From the NCBI RefSeq assembly GCF_006345805.1, contig NW_021833951.1:4021-68020 (forward strand): DNA of 64,000 nt, given 5' to 3'. Below the pieces are notes generated by a model. That model was not told the DNA's origin and did not search any database. It saw only the letters and a list, made by a program, of their open reading frames with translations. The stretch is from Octopus sinensis. Its lineage: Eukaryota. This document shows, in pieces, positions 13,561 to 26,315 of this stretch (its first letter is position 1; every line of letters begins with the position of its first letter). The translations under genes were made by a program, and so were the position numbers.

Positions 13561-13851
13561 TGTGTGATGACGTCAGCAGCTGGACGTCAGCAGCTGGGTG
13601 CGTTGACCGGAAGCTGGGGCAACCGGAAGGGGTCAGCCGTCAGGCGTGCGCAGGAAGCGGTCAATTGGCCCTTCCCAACGTGGGTCGTGCAGGTGACAAG
13701 ACGTGTGAAGACGTCGCTAAGGGTTTGGGCTAGCAGCTGCTATCGTTAGTGTTCGGGTTGGGGCTGTGTTGAAGGACTAGTTATCTGGAGGGTCTCCGTC
13801 ACTAAGAAGAGAAGGTAGGTGCCTTTATATTCAAATCGCGCACACACTACA
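13561..13851. mobile_element. Probable solo LTR
   Basis: GC-rich 291-bp island starting TG and ending CA, flanked by the 5-bp direct repeat CATAC (13556-13560 and 13852-13856). Confidence 0.55.
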
Positions 13852-14409
13852 CATACGTTGAATTTATTAAACAGGATTCGAGAAATGGGTTCAACGATGG
13901 CACGAGTACACCACTTGTGATGGGGACTAAATAGAGTAGTATCCTTGGAAATAGAAAAGAAATCAGTTAATAAAATAGATATGTTTGTATTTGTATTGCT
14001 TTTGGTAGAAATCTCGCACATACATACGTAATCACGTACGTACATACATAGATGTATAAAGTCAGGCAGTCAAATATTGCGTGACACAAAGCCGTTAAGA
14101 CATTCGGCTTAACCGTTTAAACAGAGATAAAATTTAGTTGGTATTTATTTCGTCAATTTCGGAACAACAACAAGCAAAAACACCCCTGAAATATGTTGCA
14201 AAATTTAAATCATTAACGCATAAAATTTTTATTTCGTTCTATACGTAAGGACAATAAAATAATAATAATAATAATAATAATCTTTTCTAGCGATTTTCCT
14301 TGCTTGGTAAATACGATTGTCCAAGTCAGGACTGTAGAATAAGTAGATGTATTATTACTATTATTATTATTAATATTATTATTATTATTATTATTAATAA
14401 TAATAATAA

Positions 14410-14461
<52 letters not shown>

Positions 14462-14862
14462 GGAGAGCATCATAGCCATGTGTTGGGGGAGCATCATAGC
14501 CATGTAATGAGGGAGCATCATAGCCATGTGTTGAAAGGAATTCTTGGAGGTTTGGATAATTCACCTTTGGAAACATGAGTGGTTCGTTCAAAATCCTTAA
14601 ACAATCCATGTTCAGGGACCTGTTGAGCAGGATGGGCCACTCGACCAAAAGAAAATTCTAACTGGGGCCCTACCTGTAAGGTCACGTGCTGTTTATCTTG
14701 ATATGAGACCACCATCTCTCGTACATTTGGTTGTGATGCATGTGCCTAGTGTACCCATATCAGACGGGGTAGTCATGATGGGTATACTGGGCTTCGTATA
14801 TGTCACTTTGATGGCAGGCACTGCTCTCTCTCAATAATAATAATAATAATGATAATAATAAC

Positions 14863-14922
<60 letters not shown>

Positions 14923-14926
<4 letters not shown>

Positions 14927-15480
14927 GCCCTGATGCAGTACCAGGCAGTGGCTCTCATGGCTTCTGATCTTAACTGATTGGAAGTGTTATCATGTACATT
15001 GTTTTGTCTTGGTATAAAAGATGGGCTACAGCAAATATTCTGCTCAATACCACAGATTTGCTTGTCAGTTGTTTGACCTTAACCAGTTGAGCATGTCCCT
15101 TAGTGGCTGACGATATGTGCATCTCTGATCACGAGCAGAAGTAGTGGGGGAGCATCATAGCCATGTGTTGAGAGGAATTCTTTGGGGTTTGAATAGTTCA
15201 CCTCTGGAAACATGGGTGGTTCTTTCAACATCCTTAAACAACCCTTATTCAGGGACCGTTTGAGCGGGATGGGCTACTCAACCTGAAGAAAATTCTAACT
15301 GGGCCCCACCTGCAAGGTCATGTGCTGTTTATCTTGATATGAGATCACCATGTCACGCACATATGGTTGTGATGCATGTGCCTGGTGTACCTTTATCAGA
15401 CAGGTAGTCATGATGGGTATATTGGGCTTCGTATATTTTACCCCAGTGTCACTTTGATGGCATGAACTGCTCTCTCACTC
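14923..15480 (+). mobile_element. ~560-bp non-coding interspersed element flanked by (AAT)n
   Basis: Starts AAATGCCCTGATGCAG and ends CTCTCACTC(AAT)n. Copies at 14460-14835, 36147-36310, 36367-36915, 58090-58668(-), 58730-59312(-). Confidence 0.8.
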
Positions 15481-15750
15481 AATAATATTAATAATAATAA
15501 TAATCCTTTCTACTATAAACACAAGGCCTGAAATTTGGTGGATGGGGCTAGTCGATTACATCGGCCCTAGTGTTTAAGTGACTCTTATTTCTTATATCTA
15601 GAGAATAAAAGGCAAAATTGACTGTGGCGGAATTTGAACTCAGAACGTAAAGACAGACGAAATGCCACTAAGCATTTTGCCCGGCGTACTTACGATTCTG
15701 TTAGTTCGCTGTCTTAAACAACAAGAAAGATAATAAACATATGTGCTTAC

Positions 15751-15763
15751 CTCGGATCGCCAT
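15751..15763 (-). CDS. Secreted SRCR-domain protein, coding exon 1 (MAIR + first base of Gly)
   Basis: Minus strand reads ATG GCG ATC CGA G|gtaagc, a strong phase-1 donor. It joins in frame to the 4905-4955 exon and has a TATA box and Inr-like site just upstream. Confidence 0.8.
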
Positions 15764-15769
15764 CGTGCT

Positions 15770-15852
15770 GAATGGCCGGGGAAGTTAAATATTTTGGTTT
15801 TATACCCGTAGAAGCATATCCGCCAAGAAAACTTCAATCAATATTAGCCAAT
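15770..15852 (-). promoter_or_regulatory. Core promoter of the SRCR gene: TATAAAA (15798-15804), Inr-like CCATTC (A at 15773), CCAAT box (15848-15852)
   Basis: The TATA T lies 31 nt upstream of the Inr A and AGCCAATGA lies about 75 nt upstream, both canonical spacings. Predicted 5'UTR is about 10 nt. Confidence 0.6.
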
Positions 15853-16170
15853 GACATGGTTTAATTTTTATCTTACACCTCATATTTCAATAACGGTGGA
15901 GATATTCAAATAAACACAGGATCATGTATGCAAATATGACAAACAAACAAACAAACACACACACACACATATATAGACACACACAACAAGATGAAATAGA
16001 TAAAAAGGACATGGTTGTATACTTCACATGCACACATACATATGTACATATACGTGTTTCTATATGTGTGTATGTGTGTGTGTGAAATTATACATGTGCA
16101 TATAACACACACACACACTCTCTTGTTGTAACTACCCCCCTCTCTCTCTCTCTCCATCTCTCTCTTTCCC

Positions 16171-16201
<31 letters not shown>

Positions 16202-16419
16202 TAATAATGAAGGGTACGCGAGATAACACCAGCATGCCAAAATAGCAGTCGAAAACAATTAACGACCGCAAATTTTCACTAAAACACAAAGGTGAAATTC
16301 TGGGGGAATTTGTCATTTCTTTTCTGTTTTTTTACCAATGTAACCAGGTATGCCCGAGGGCGCGGTGATACCCTCTGACTCTCACTACCTTGCTATACTT
16401 GTGTAAATAAATGTACTGT

Positions 16420-16435
16420 GTGTGTGTATACATAT

Positions 16436-16504
<69 letters not shown>

Positions 16505-16598
16505 ATGTTTATATATGTATGTATATATATGTATAAATATCTATATATGTATAAATATATATATATATATATATGCATATATATATATATATGTATAA

Positions 16599-16629
<31 letters not shown>

Positions 16630-16857
16630 CATATATATATGTATTTATGCATATATATATGTATATATATATACATATATATATGCATATATATATGCAT
16701 ATACATTTATATATGCATATATATGTATATATTTGCATATATATATGTATATATATATGCATATATATATACATGCATATACGTATATATATATATGCAT
16801 ATACGTATGCATATATATATATATATGCATATATGTATATATATATATATATATATC
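16420..16857. repeat. (TA)n-derived low-complexity tract
   Basis: Directly visible. Many other (TA)n tracts throughout the window. Confidence 0.95.
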
Positions 16858-17495
16858 ACTTTGATCACTTTGACCGACCAGTCCGTCAGGCGTCCATTTG
16901 ACACCGCTGATCACAGCACGCTGTCCACTCCTCTCTGGATCGCGCCTTTCTCATCCACGTAACCCCAATCATCCTCCTGAAATCGTAATTCCACCGTCGT
17001 GGAGGTCTTCCGGGTGGTCTTTTCCCCTCACGCGGGTACCACTCGACAACTGCGTGCGTCCACCGATTATCGGTGAGCCGGGCAACGTGTCCAGCCCATC
17101 TATACTGGCTGCGTGTATACTCTGCGATGACATCTCTCACGCCGGACTTCTTTCTGATGGTCTTGCTACTTATGTGCTCTCTCAACGAGATACCAAGCAT
17201 TGACCTTTCCATGGCTCTTTGAGCCGTTGCCAGTCTTTGCTCTTCTCTCTTTGTGGTAGCCCATGTTTCACTACCATATAACATTGCAGGCAGAACTGCA
17301 CTGTTAATGAGGTTGGCGCGGGTGGTCCTGCCCAACCTTCCCTTGAGCACATCCCTTATGCCATTGAACGCCTTCCATCCGGCCCTTACTCTCCGTGAGA
17401 TCTCCTTTTTGATATCCCGGCGCATATTACTTCCTGTCCCAGGTAGACATATTCTCTCACCTCCTCTATTTCATCACTGCCGATCACCATTCGAC
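16857..17495 (-). mobile_element. RTE-clade LINE, 5'-truncated
   Basis: EEVREYVYLGQ..EISRRVRAGWKAF...LPAMLYGSETW...WAGHVARLTDNRW...RPPGRPPRRW, with a short tandem 3' tail CAAAGTGAT x2. Confidence 0.88.
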
Positions 17496-17564
17496 CTGTT
17501 GGTACTTGTTTGACCGCATGAACTTTGTTTTCATGCGGTTCATATAATCGCATGAACCGCATAT

Positions 17565-17613
<49 letters not shown>

Positions 17614-17621
17614 TATATATT

Positions 17622-17652
<31 letters not shown>

Positions 17653-17704
17653 TTATATATGCATATATATGTGCATATATATATGTATGTGTATATTTTT
17701 TCTT

Positions 17705-19310
17705 TGTAGTTTCAGCTCAGAGCTGTGGCCATGCTGGAACACTTCCGTTTTGCTACACTGTTATTACCGAGAGTCTCCTCTAATATGTGGCATTTGGTGA
17801 AGAATGGAGTTTGATGTAGCTACCCTCATTTGCACCTCTTACCGTGGATTAGGTTCGTCTGGTCCAGAAAGAGGTCCTTGATTTAAAAACGCCTACATCT
17901 ACTTTGTGCAGGTTCATCAGACTCTTTGGGAGAATATTAAAAAGCCGTGGACTCCTGAAATCTAGGCTGTTGTAGTAACTGGTCCTGAAGCGCGATGGCG
18001 TTGCTGGGATCTTTGGCACTGTGCAGTGTCGACCCGTTCTGGCATTGGTGTAGCTTTCAATACCAAAATTTGGCAGAATTCTTTCTAGGATCTTCCAGAT
18101 ATATATTACTGCATATATCTCCCGCCTTCGCTCCAGGGACTAGAGTCTTAGCTGTTTCAGCCTTTCCCAGTAGCACGAGGTGTTGTAAAGAGACGATCTT
18201 CTTTGTGAAGCTTCGCTGGATTGCTTCAAGGTCCGCTGTTAATTTTACACTGTTGGGTGACCGTAGCTGGGAGCAGTAATCCAGGCGGCTGAGGATGAAT
18301 GTCCTCCAGAGGACCGTCATGGTTCCCTCCTCTCTGATCCTGAAGATTCTTAGGATCCATCCAGCCAGTCATCTACACTTGAAAAGAGGTATCATCACTC
18401 ATGTCGATACCCAAATCCCTCACTGATTTAAGTTCTGGGATTGTAATTCCCTGTGAACCAGTGTACCGAGTAAGTTTCATATTCAGTTTTGGACGCTGGT
18501 AGCGCAGGGCTTGGAATTTTTGAGTATTACACTGCATATTATTATTCTCAGCCTATCTGTAAATTGAGTCCAATTCCTGCTGCAGATGTGCAACATCGCT
18601 GGGTTTCTGTATTTTCTGCAAGACTTTCGTATCGTCTGCGTATCTAGCAAGGGTGACTATCCGGGCAGTTGAGGGCATATCTGAGAGGGCCACCATGAAA
18701 AGCAGTGGTCCCAAGACAGAGCCCTGTGGAACACCGCCCACTCTTTGTGTTTTCATTGAGGGGGCTCCATTGGCCACTACTGCCTGACTACTATCTTTCA
18801 GAAAATCATGTAACCACTCTCCAAGTTTTCCAGCTATGCCGAGATCACGCAGTTTGTGACATATCATACCAAGATCCACTTTATCAAAATTTTTTGCAAA
18901 ATCACGGTATATTACGTCCACATTTGAGTTGTTGAGTAACTGCCTCAACACACAGTCATAATGTTGTAAGAGCTGGGTCAGGCAGCTCCTACCTGGGCGA
19001 AAGCCATGCTGGGTATCACTCAGCAAGTTGTTTTCTTCAAGGAATGCAATTAGTTTCCCTCTGACTATCCGTTCCATGACTTTGCTGATGTGTGAAGTCA
19101 GAGAGATAGGCCTATAGTTTTGGGCATGGGCTCTGCTTCTCCCTTTATGGATTGGGCATATTATTCCCCCCTTCAGCTTGCTTGGCAGTCTGTCATATGC
19201 AAGAAAGCTCTGGAAGAGAATCTGGAAGGGTTTTCCCAGGGCTTGCTTACACGATTTGAAGTGGATTCCTGGGAAAGCATCAGAAACAGCAGGAAACCAT
19301 CAGGACCTGC
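17705..19310 (-). mobile_element. CR1/L2-group LINE, reverse transcriptase plus 3' end (degenerate)
   Basis: QHGFRPGRSCLTQLL, DFAK.FDKVD, GVPQGSVLGPLLF, YADDTK and SRLDYCSQ motifs, with frameshifts. Confidence 0.92.
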
Positions 19311-19448
19311 AAATATATTTTTAATTTATACATACATATATATGTGTGTGTGTGTGTGTAAATATATGTGTAAATATATATATATATATATATATAGTAA
19401 TATTTGACAATTATTCGGTAGCCGTGATATAATATATACATATAATAA

Positions 19449-19505
<57 letters not shown>

Positions 19506-19639
19506 AATATATAATATATATAAATAATATATATATATATAATATATAAATAATATATATAATATAAATATAATATATATATTATATAAATATATATGTA
19601 TATAATATATACATAATATATATATATATATTTACCTAA

Positions 19640-20640
19640 CCTTTTTTTTACCTAACTTTTAACATCGTCTCCGTCGAAATAGTCACCTTGCGAAGCAATA
19701 AACGAGTCCCAGCGGTCCTGCCACTTTTGGAATCCGACCTGGAAGTCGTTTTCCTTAAATGAAGCGAGAACCTTTTGCGATTTGCTCTTCATCTCGACAA
19801 CGGTGTTAAAACAGCGACCTTTCAGCTGCATTTTCATCTCGGAGAAGAGACAGAAGTACGCAGATGCTAAATCTGGCGAATAGGGTGGGTGCAGAAGTGA
19901 TGCCATGTTGATTTGGCGAGAAATTTACGAGTAATGAGAGCTCAGTGACATATATATACATATATATATTAGAGCGGCGAGCTGGCAGAACTGTTAGCAC
20001 GCCGGGCGAAATGCTTAGCGGTATTTTGTCTGCCGTGACGTTCTGAGTTCAAATTCCGCCGAGGTCGACTTTGCCTTTCATCCTTTCGGGGTCGATTAAG
20101 TAAGTACCAGTTACGCACTGGGGTCGATATAATCGACTTAATCCGTTTGTCTGTCCATGTTTGTCCCTTCTGTGTGTAGCTCCCTGTGGGTAGTAAAGAA
20201 ATAGACAGGGTGCCTTTATTGTCATGAGGAATCCAATTCTTCGCGCCCCAAATATCCGGTCGCTTTAGCCCAACGTCCTTCCTCAAACGCTTCAAAACAT
20301 ATTTGATTGTTCTCTGACGATCCTCATGCACAAGCGGATGAATTTCCTCCACATTTCCGGAAGTGGCGCTCGTGGCAGGTCTTCGGATCACTCATCGTCT
20401 TCCAGGGACGTTCTTCCGCTTGTGGGCGCCCGTGCCACTCAAAACATTGCGTATGACCCCACTGCCTTGTCGCTGTAAGCTTACCGAAGTATGCTCAATG
20501 TCTCTGTTGCAAACTTGCCGCGTTTAACGCAAAATTTCACCTTGCCTCTTCGTTCCAACTCCCTGCTCATGACATAAATCGCAGACTACAGCATACATGC
20601 GATCTCAAAAGCCCAATTTTCACAACTTGCGAAGTAAATA
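19640..20640 (-). mobile_element. Mariner transposon relic with a SINE A inserted (19972-20203)
   Basis: HPPYSPDLAS..F.LF..MK..LKGR.F, FQKWQDRW..IASQGDYFDGD and LKRLRKDV..KRP..W..HDN motifs. Confidence 0.82.
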
Positions 20641-20641
20641 C

Positions 20642-20872
20642 ATTTCTTTACTAACCACAAAGGGCTAAACACAGAGGAGACAAACAAGGACAGACAAACG
20701 GATTAAGTCGATTATATCGACCCCAGTGCGTAACTGGTACTTAATTTATCGCCCCCGAAAGGATGAAAGGCAAAGTCGCTCTTGGTGGAATTTGAACTCA
20801 GAACGTAACGGCAGACAAAATACCGCTAGGCATTTCGCCCGGCGTGCTGACATTTCTGCCAGCTCGCCGCCT
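20642..20872 (-). mobile_element. Full-length SINE A with ~15-bp target-site duplication
   Basis: TTGCGAAGTAAATAC (20627-20641) and TTGCGAAGTAAAAC (20874-20887) flank the element. Confidence 0.8.
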
Positions 20873-21047
20873 TTTGCGAAGTAAAACAGTCAATCCGAAA
20901 CTATCGATGAACATCATTGCCTAAGGCGAAGCGTGTTCTGATCCCCACTGCAATCATGTTGTTTGCGATGCGAACTTCTCAACAATATGGCTGTACCTCA
21001 CAAAAGTAGGGGTCAGAGGTATAGTTTAGTGTAATAGTTTCTTTGAC

Positions 21048-21192
<145 letters not shown>

Positions 21193-21660
21193 CAGATAGA
21201 TAGATATAATAGATAGATAGAATGTCAGGGAAACCCAATGAATAATAGAGACCTGGTAAATAAAGGAAATGCGATTATTTTGTCAGTTTATTTACCTGTT
21301 TGATAATAGCTACTCGAATTGGATATGTAATGTTAATACTGGCACAAAAAGAACTTGTGTAAAAAGGCGGTTTGCTTCATAATGAAATCAAAGTGAAAAA
21401 ACAAATATTTCTAAACAAATAAATATTCATACACCGGTTTTGTTTCCACAATGGAAGTGTATTAAATCTTGCACTGACACCATTTTTTGATTTAAATAAA
21501 AAAAATTTTAAATTATCAGTGCCCCGTGAGAGTCTTTGGTATGCGGAAATTGTGCAGAATCCTAATACGTCTACCTACTTAGCAAGTAACCTACCTACCT
21601 ACCTACACACATACGTACATACCTGCATACATATAGATTGATAGAGAGATACATTAAAGG

Positions 21661-21709
<49 letters not shown>

Positions 21710-22071
21710 TGACTGTCTGTCTGTTAGTCCATCATTCTATCTATCTTTTGTGTGTCTTTTTGTGCCTCTATCTCTATCACACACACGCAGACATATATAT
21801 ATACTTAATATAATATAATTGTAACATTCATTATCATTAAACTTTATTATCTACCTTTCTTTCAAGCACTTCTTTCAAAATTGTTTTCTAATCATTCGCC
21901 ATGCTTGACTGCTAAATCTAAAAGTTTTTTTCATTCTCTCTGTGTATTTTCTCTTATTGGAGAGCGTAGGCTCGAAACGTAAAAGACCTTTTCATTTTCT
22001 CGTGCGTCAAACTAATACACCTACTTATTGTTCATATACTTGTCTTCGTCTTTTGTTTTTCTATAAATTTC

Positions 22072-22115
<44 letters not shown>

Positions 22116-24097
22116 ATATATATAGGTAGAGTTTACGAAAAAAACAAAAGACGAAGACAAGTGGTGTACAAAACAAACAGATGTATTAGTATAACGCTCA
22201 GGAATAGAAAAAGTCTTTTACGTTTCGAGCCTACGCTCTTCTACAGAAAGGGACACAGAAAAAACAAGGAGCGAAAAAAATGTGTGTAGTGGCCAAAGAT
22301 CTATCAATGTTACACTGCTAGCTTGGGTATTAAGAGTTATCGAGTCTTCAAATGTATCTGAATTTGTAAACAAGTGGCACATACATTTATTATTTATCGA
22401 AAGAGAAAACGGGAGACAAGATTCTGCTGATTCTTAGCACTAAATTTCACTTTTAAAAGATTTGATCAATTCGAGGTTTATGTAGAAAATATTTTCTCGT
22501 GGTTCTATTGCAACAGGAGGATCTAAGTCTGAACCCTGCGATTACGAAGCAAACTCCTTGAGCAGACGTCTATAATTTGCGTGCGCCCGCGTTTCTGTTT
22601 TCCGATGAACGCCATCTGACAGATCTGTCTTACGATTGTTATAACGTCCTATTTTTTAAAACTATCCTGCTAACGTTACATGTTCGTAGCGGCTAATCTT
22701 TTATGTATTAAATGACCCACTTAAACGAACTTTCCTCAGATTTCTATCTACTCTGTGCAGATGTATCGATTAATCTTGCATAATCCCGGGCTGTTCAGAC
22801 AATAAAATATTAAAGAGTACATGACGTCACGCACATAGCCGTTAGACAGTAAACGGCGTTTATTTAGAACATGTCCTTATTCTCATTGCATAAAGCGGTG
22901 AGGCGACAGGATCGTAAGCGCCTCAGACAAAATGCTTTGCCGTATTTCTTCTGTGTTCAAATTCTGCCAAGGTCGACTTTGCCTTTCATTCTTCTAGAGT
23001 CGATAAAATAAGCACCAGTTGAGCACTGGGGTCGATGTAATCGGCAGGCTCTCTCTCCCAAAATTTCAGGCTTTGTGCCTGTAATACAAAGAGTTATTTT
23101 ACTGCATATCTTCAAGGAGGTAAACAATAAAACACCGGACAGAATACCTCGCGAAATTGAATTTAATTACGCTCTGAGTTCATATATGGCCGAGGTCGAC
23201 TTTGCGTTTCATACTCCTCGGTCGAGAAGTCAAGTAGTGTAGGTCACTATAATGGACATACACTCTTCCCTTTACTCTTCTCTTATAATCCCTAAAGAAG
23301 TCGAGTCGTTAGCGTGTTGGATGATGCCTCAAGATATTTGTTGTAATCTTCTATGCTGAGTGCAAAGCTCACCGGAGCCAACTTCATCTTTTATCCTTTG
23401 GGGGCTGATAACAAAATACCAGTTTAGAGCGGGTAATTAGCGGAACTATCTGGGGTCGGGCAAGATGCTTAGCGACATCTGTTGTGAAATTTTGTTTTCT
23501 GTAGCAATAACGGACGATAATGGAATCAGGCTCTTACAGCCCAACTCAACAACCTTTGATAAACATCAGTGGTGTGAAGAGAAGAGATTTTTATACATGT
23601 TTCGACGCAGGGGCACAGCTTTTCCTTTGCAACGAATATGTGTTCATAATGCTCGAAATATTGCACTAATGACTCGAATATCTTATGAGCACACATTCGT
23701 CATAAAGAGGAAATTGTTCTCATATGACTGAATATAACAACGAATAACATTTTCACGTTCGAATCTGCCGGAAGATGTTAGTTTCATATTTTGGCACAAG
23801 GCCAGACGTTTTTGAGGATGGTGGGGGTAAGTCGACTACATCATCCTCAGTACTCAACGACTAAATGTTTTATCAACTCCGAAAGAGTGAAAGGCAAGGT
23901 CGACTCTGGCAGCATTTGAACTCAGAAAATAGAAAGTCCGAAGAAGTGCCGTTAAGTATTTAGTCTGATGCGGTAACGATTCTGACAGCACGCCGCCTTA
24001 ATCTGTCGGAAGGTATTAAGAATGTAAATATATATATCATAGCTTTGCTTCTTGCTGTTCACCGTGCATATTATAATTTATTATTAAACGGTCTTTT

Positions 24098-24470
24098 AAG
24101 GCAGCGAGCTGGTAGAATCGTTAGCACGCCGGGCGAAATGCTTAGCAGTATTTCGTCTGCCGTTACGTTCTGAGTTCAAATTCCGCCGAGGTCGACTTTG
24201 CCTTTCATCCTTTCGGGGTCGATTAAATAAGTACCAGGTTACGCACTGGGGTCGATGTAATCGACTTAATCCGTTTGTCTGTCCTTGTTTGTCCTCTCTG
24301 TGTTTAGCCCCTTGTGGGTAGTAAAGAAATAGGTATTTCGTCCGTCTTTATGTTCTGAGTTCAAATTCCGCCGAGGTCGACTTTGCCTTTCATCCTTTCG
24401 GGGTCGATAAATTAAGTACCAGTTACGTACTGGGGTCGATCTAATCGACTAGCCCTCTCCCCAAAAATTT
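24098..24470 (+). mobile_element. SINE A dimer (young-tail unit followed by old-tail unit)
   Basis: Junction AAAGAAATAG|GTATTTCGTC near 24332. Confidence 0.85.
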
Positions 24471-24844
24471 CCTCAAGAACGACGTGAAGGGTACACATGT
24501 GTGTGGAATGCTCAGCCACTTGCACGTTATTTTTACGAGCAAGCTGTTCTGTTGATTGAATCAACTGGAACCCTCGTCGTCATAGGTATAATGCAAAAGT
24601 AACTTTAAATAATTCATTTTACTGTAGGCACGTGGCCTTAAATTTTCGGGGATGAGGCTAATGAAGGACATCGACCCCAGTACTTAACTGGTACTTATTT
24701 TATCGACTCCGAAAAGATAAAAGGAAAAGTCGACTTCGGTGGAATTTGAACTCAGAGCATAAAAATGGACGAAATGCCGTTAAGCAATGTGTCTGGTGTC
24801 CTAACGATTATGCTAACTCACCGCTTTAAAGACCCTTTAATAAT

Positions 24845-25833
24845 TATTTCTACTCTAGGTACAAGGCCTTGAAAATTTGCGAAAGAAAGGGGCTAGTCGA
24901 TTACATCGACCTCAGCGCGTAACTGGTACTTATTTCATCAACCCCCGAAAGGATAAAAAGAAAAGTCGACCTCGGGAGAATTTGAACTCAGAATGTAGCA
25001 GCAGACGAAATACCTATTTCTTTACTACCCCCAAGGGGCTAAACACAGACAGGACAAACAAGGACAGACAAACGGATTAGTCGATTATATTGACCGCAGT
25101 GCGTAACTGGTACTTATTTAATCGACCCCGAAAGGATGAAAGGCAAAGTCGACCTCGGCGGAATTTGAACTCAGAACGTAGTGGCAGACGAAATACCACT
25201 AAGCATCTTGCTCGGCGTGCTAACGTTTCTTATTTCTTTATTGCACCACAAGGGGCTAAACATAGAGGGGACTAACAAGGACAGACAAAGGTATTAAGTC
25301 GATTACATCGACCCCAGTGTGTAACTGGTACTTATTTAATCGACCCCGAAAGGATGAAAGGCAAAGTCGATCCCGGCGAAATTTGAACTCAGAACGTTAA
25401 CGACAGACGAAAACCTATTTCTTTACTACCCACAAGGGGGCTAAACACAGAGAGGACAAACAGGACAGACAAGGGATTACGTCGATTACATCGACCCCAG
25501 TGCGTAAATGGGGTACTTATTTAATCGACCACGAAAGGATGTGGAAAGGCAAAGTCGACCTCGGCGGCATTTGGACTCAGAACGTAGCGGCAGACGAAAT
25601 ACCGCTAAGCATTTCGCCCGGCGTGCTAACGTTTCTTATTTCTTTATTGCACCACGAGGGGCTAAACATAGAGCGGACAAACGAGGACAGACAAAGGGAT
25701 TAAGTCGAATACATCGACCCCAGTGCGTAACTGGTACTTTATTTATCGACCTCGAAAGGATGAAAGGCAAAGTCGATCTCGGCGGAAGTTGAACTCAGAA
25801 CATAGCGTAACGTTTCTGCCAACTCGCCGCCTT
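24845..25833 (-). mobile_element. SINE A tandem array (5 units, single head)
   Basis: Junctions near 25015, 25230, 25415 and 25635 alternate between two types. Confidence 0.85.
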
Positions 25834-26315
25834 CACAAATTGTATTAACATCGAATGAAAAGCATTAGTTACATCCGGGTGTGTAGCACCTGTCTGATTT
25901 CTTGACATTCGTGCTATTTGAACGACTATCTCTAAGTGAACGTGTTTTCTTACTGTGTTTACAATAGATATTTGTCAATGATAAAAGTGACATAATCTAT
26001 CAGATATTTGAACCTGGAACTTTTTTTAACCAATAATCAGAATAAAAGCATTGAATACAGTGCGTGAATCATGTTGAAAATATTGTGTATGAACCGACCC
26101 CAGGTCATTGTGTAAAACAAGGCTTCAGACAAAAGCAAAACAACAACAAACAAAAAAATCATGACTCGGGATTTTTTTTTCTTGGAACAAAAGTTTAAAG
26201 AAAAAAAACCTTTAATGTTTCTTATACTAATGTTTTATTACCATTCTTTAAACAGTCTTGAAATATTTTCACACATCTAGCATTGTTCGTTTCTATTATA
26301 TTACTGTGAATGCTG

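Noticed and set aside
23465-23731. 88-aa non-repetitive ORF with an upstream acceptor-like site
   Set aside because: No recognisable domain or partner exons, and its start lies in a SINE relic.
24845-25833. CRISPR-like or satellite reading of the regularly spaced repeats
   Set aside because: Units are ~180-220-bp SINE bodies with no unique spacers, in a eukaryotic context with no cas genes.
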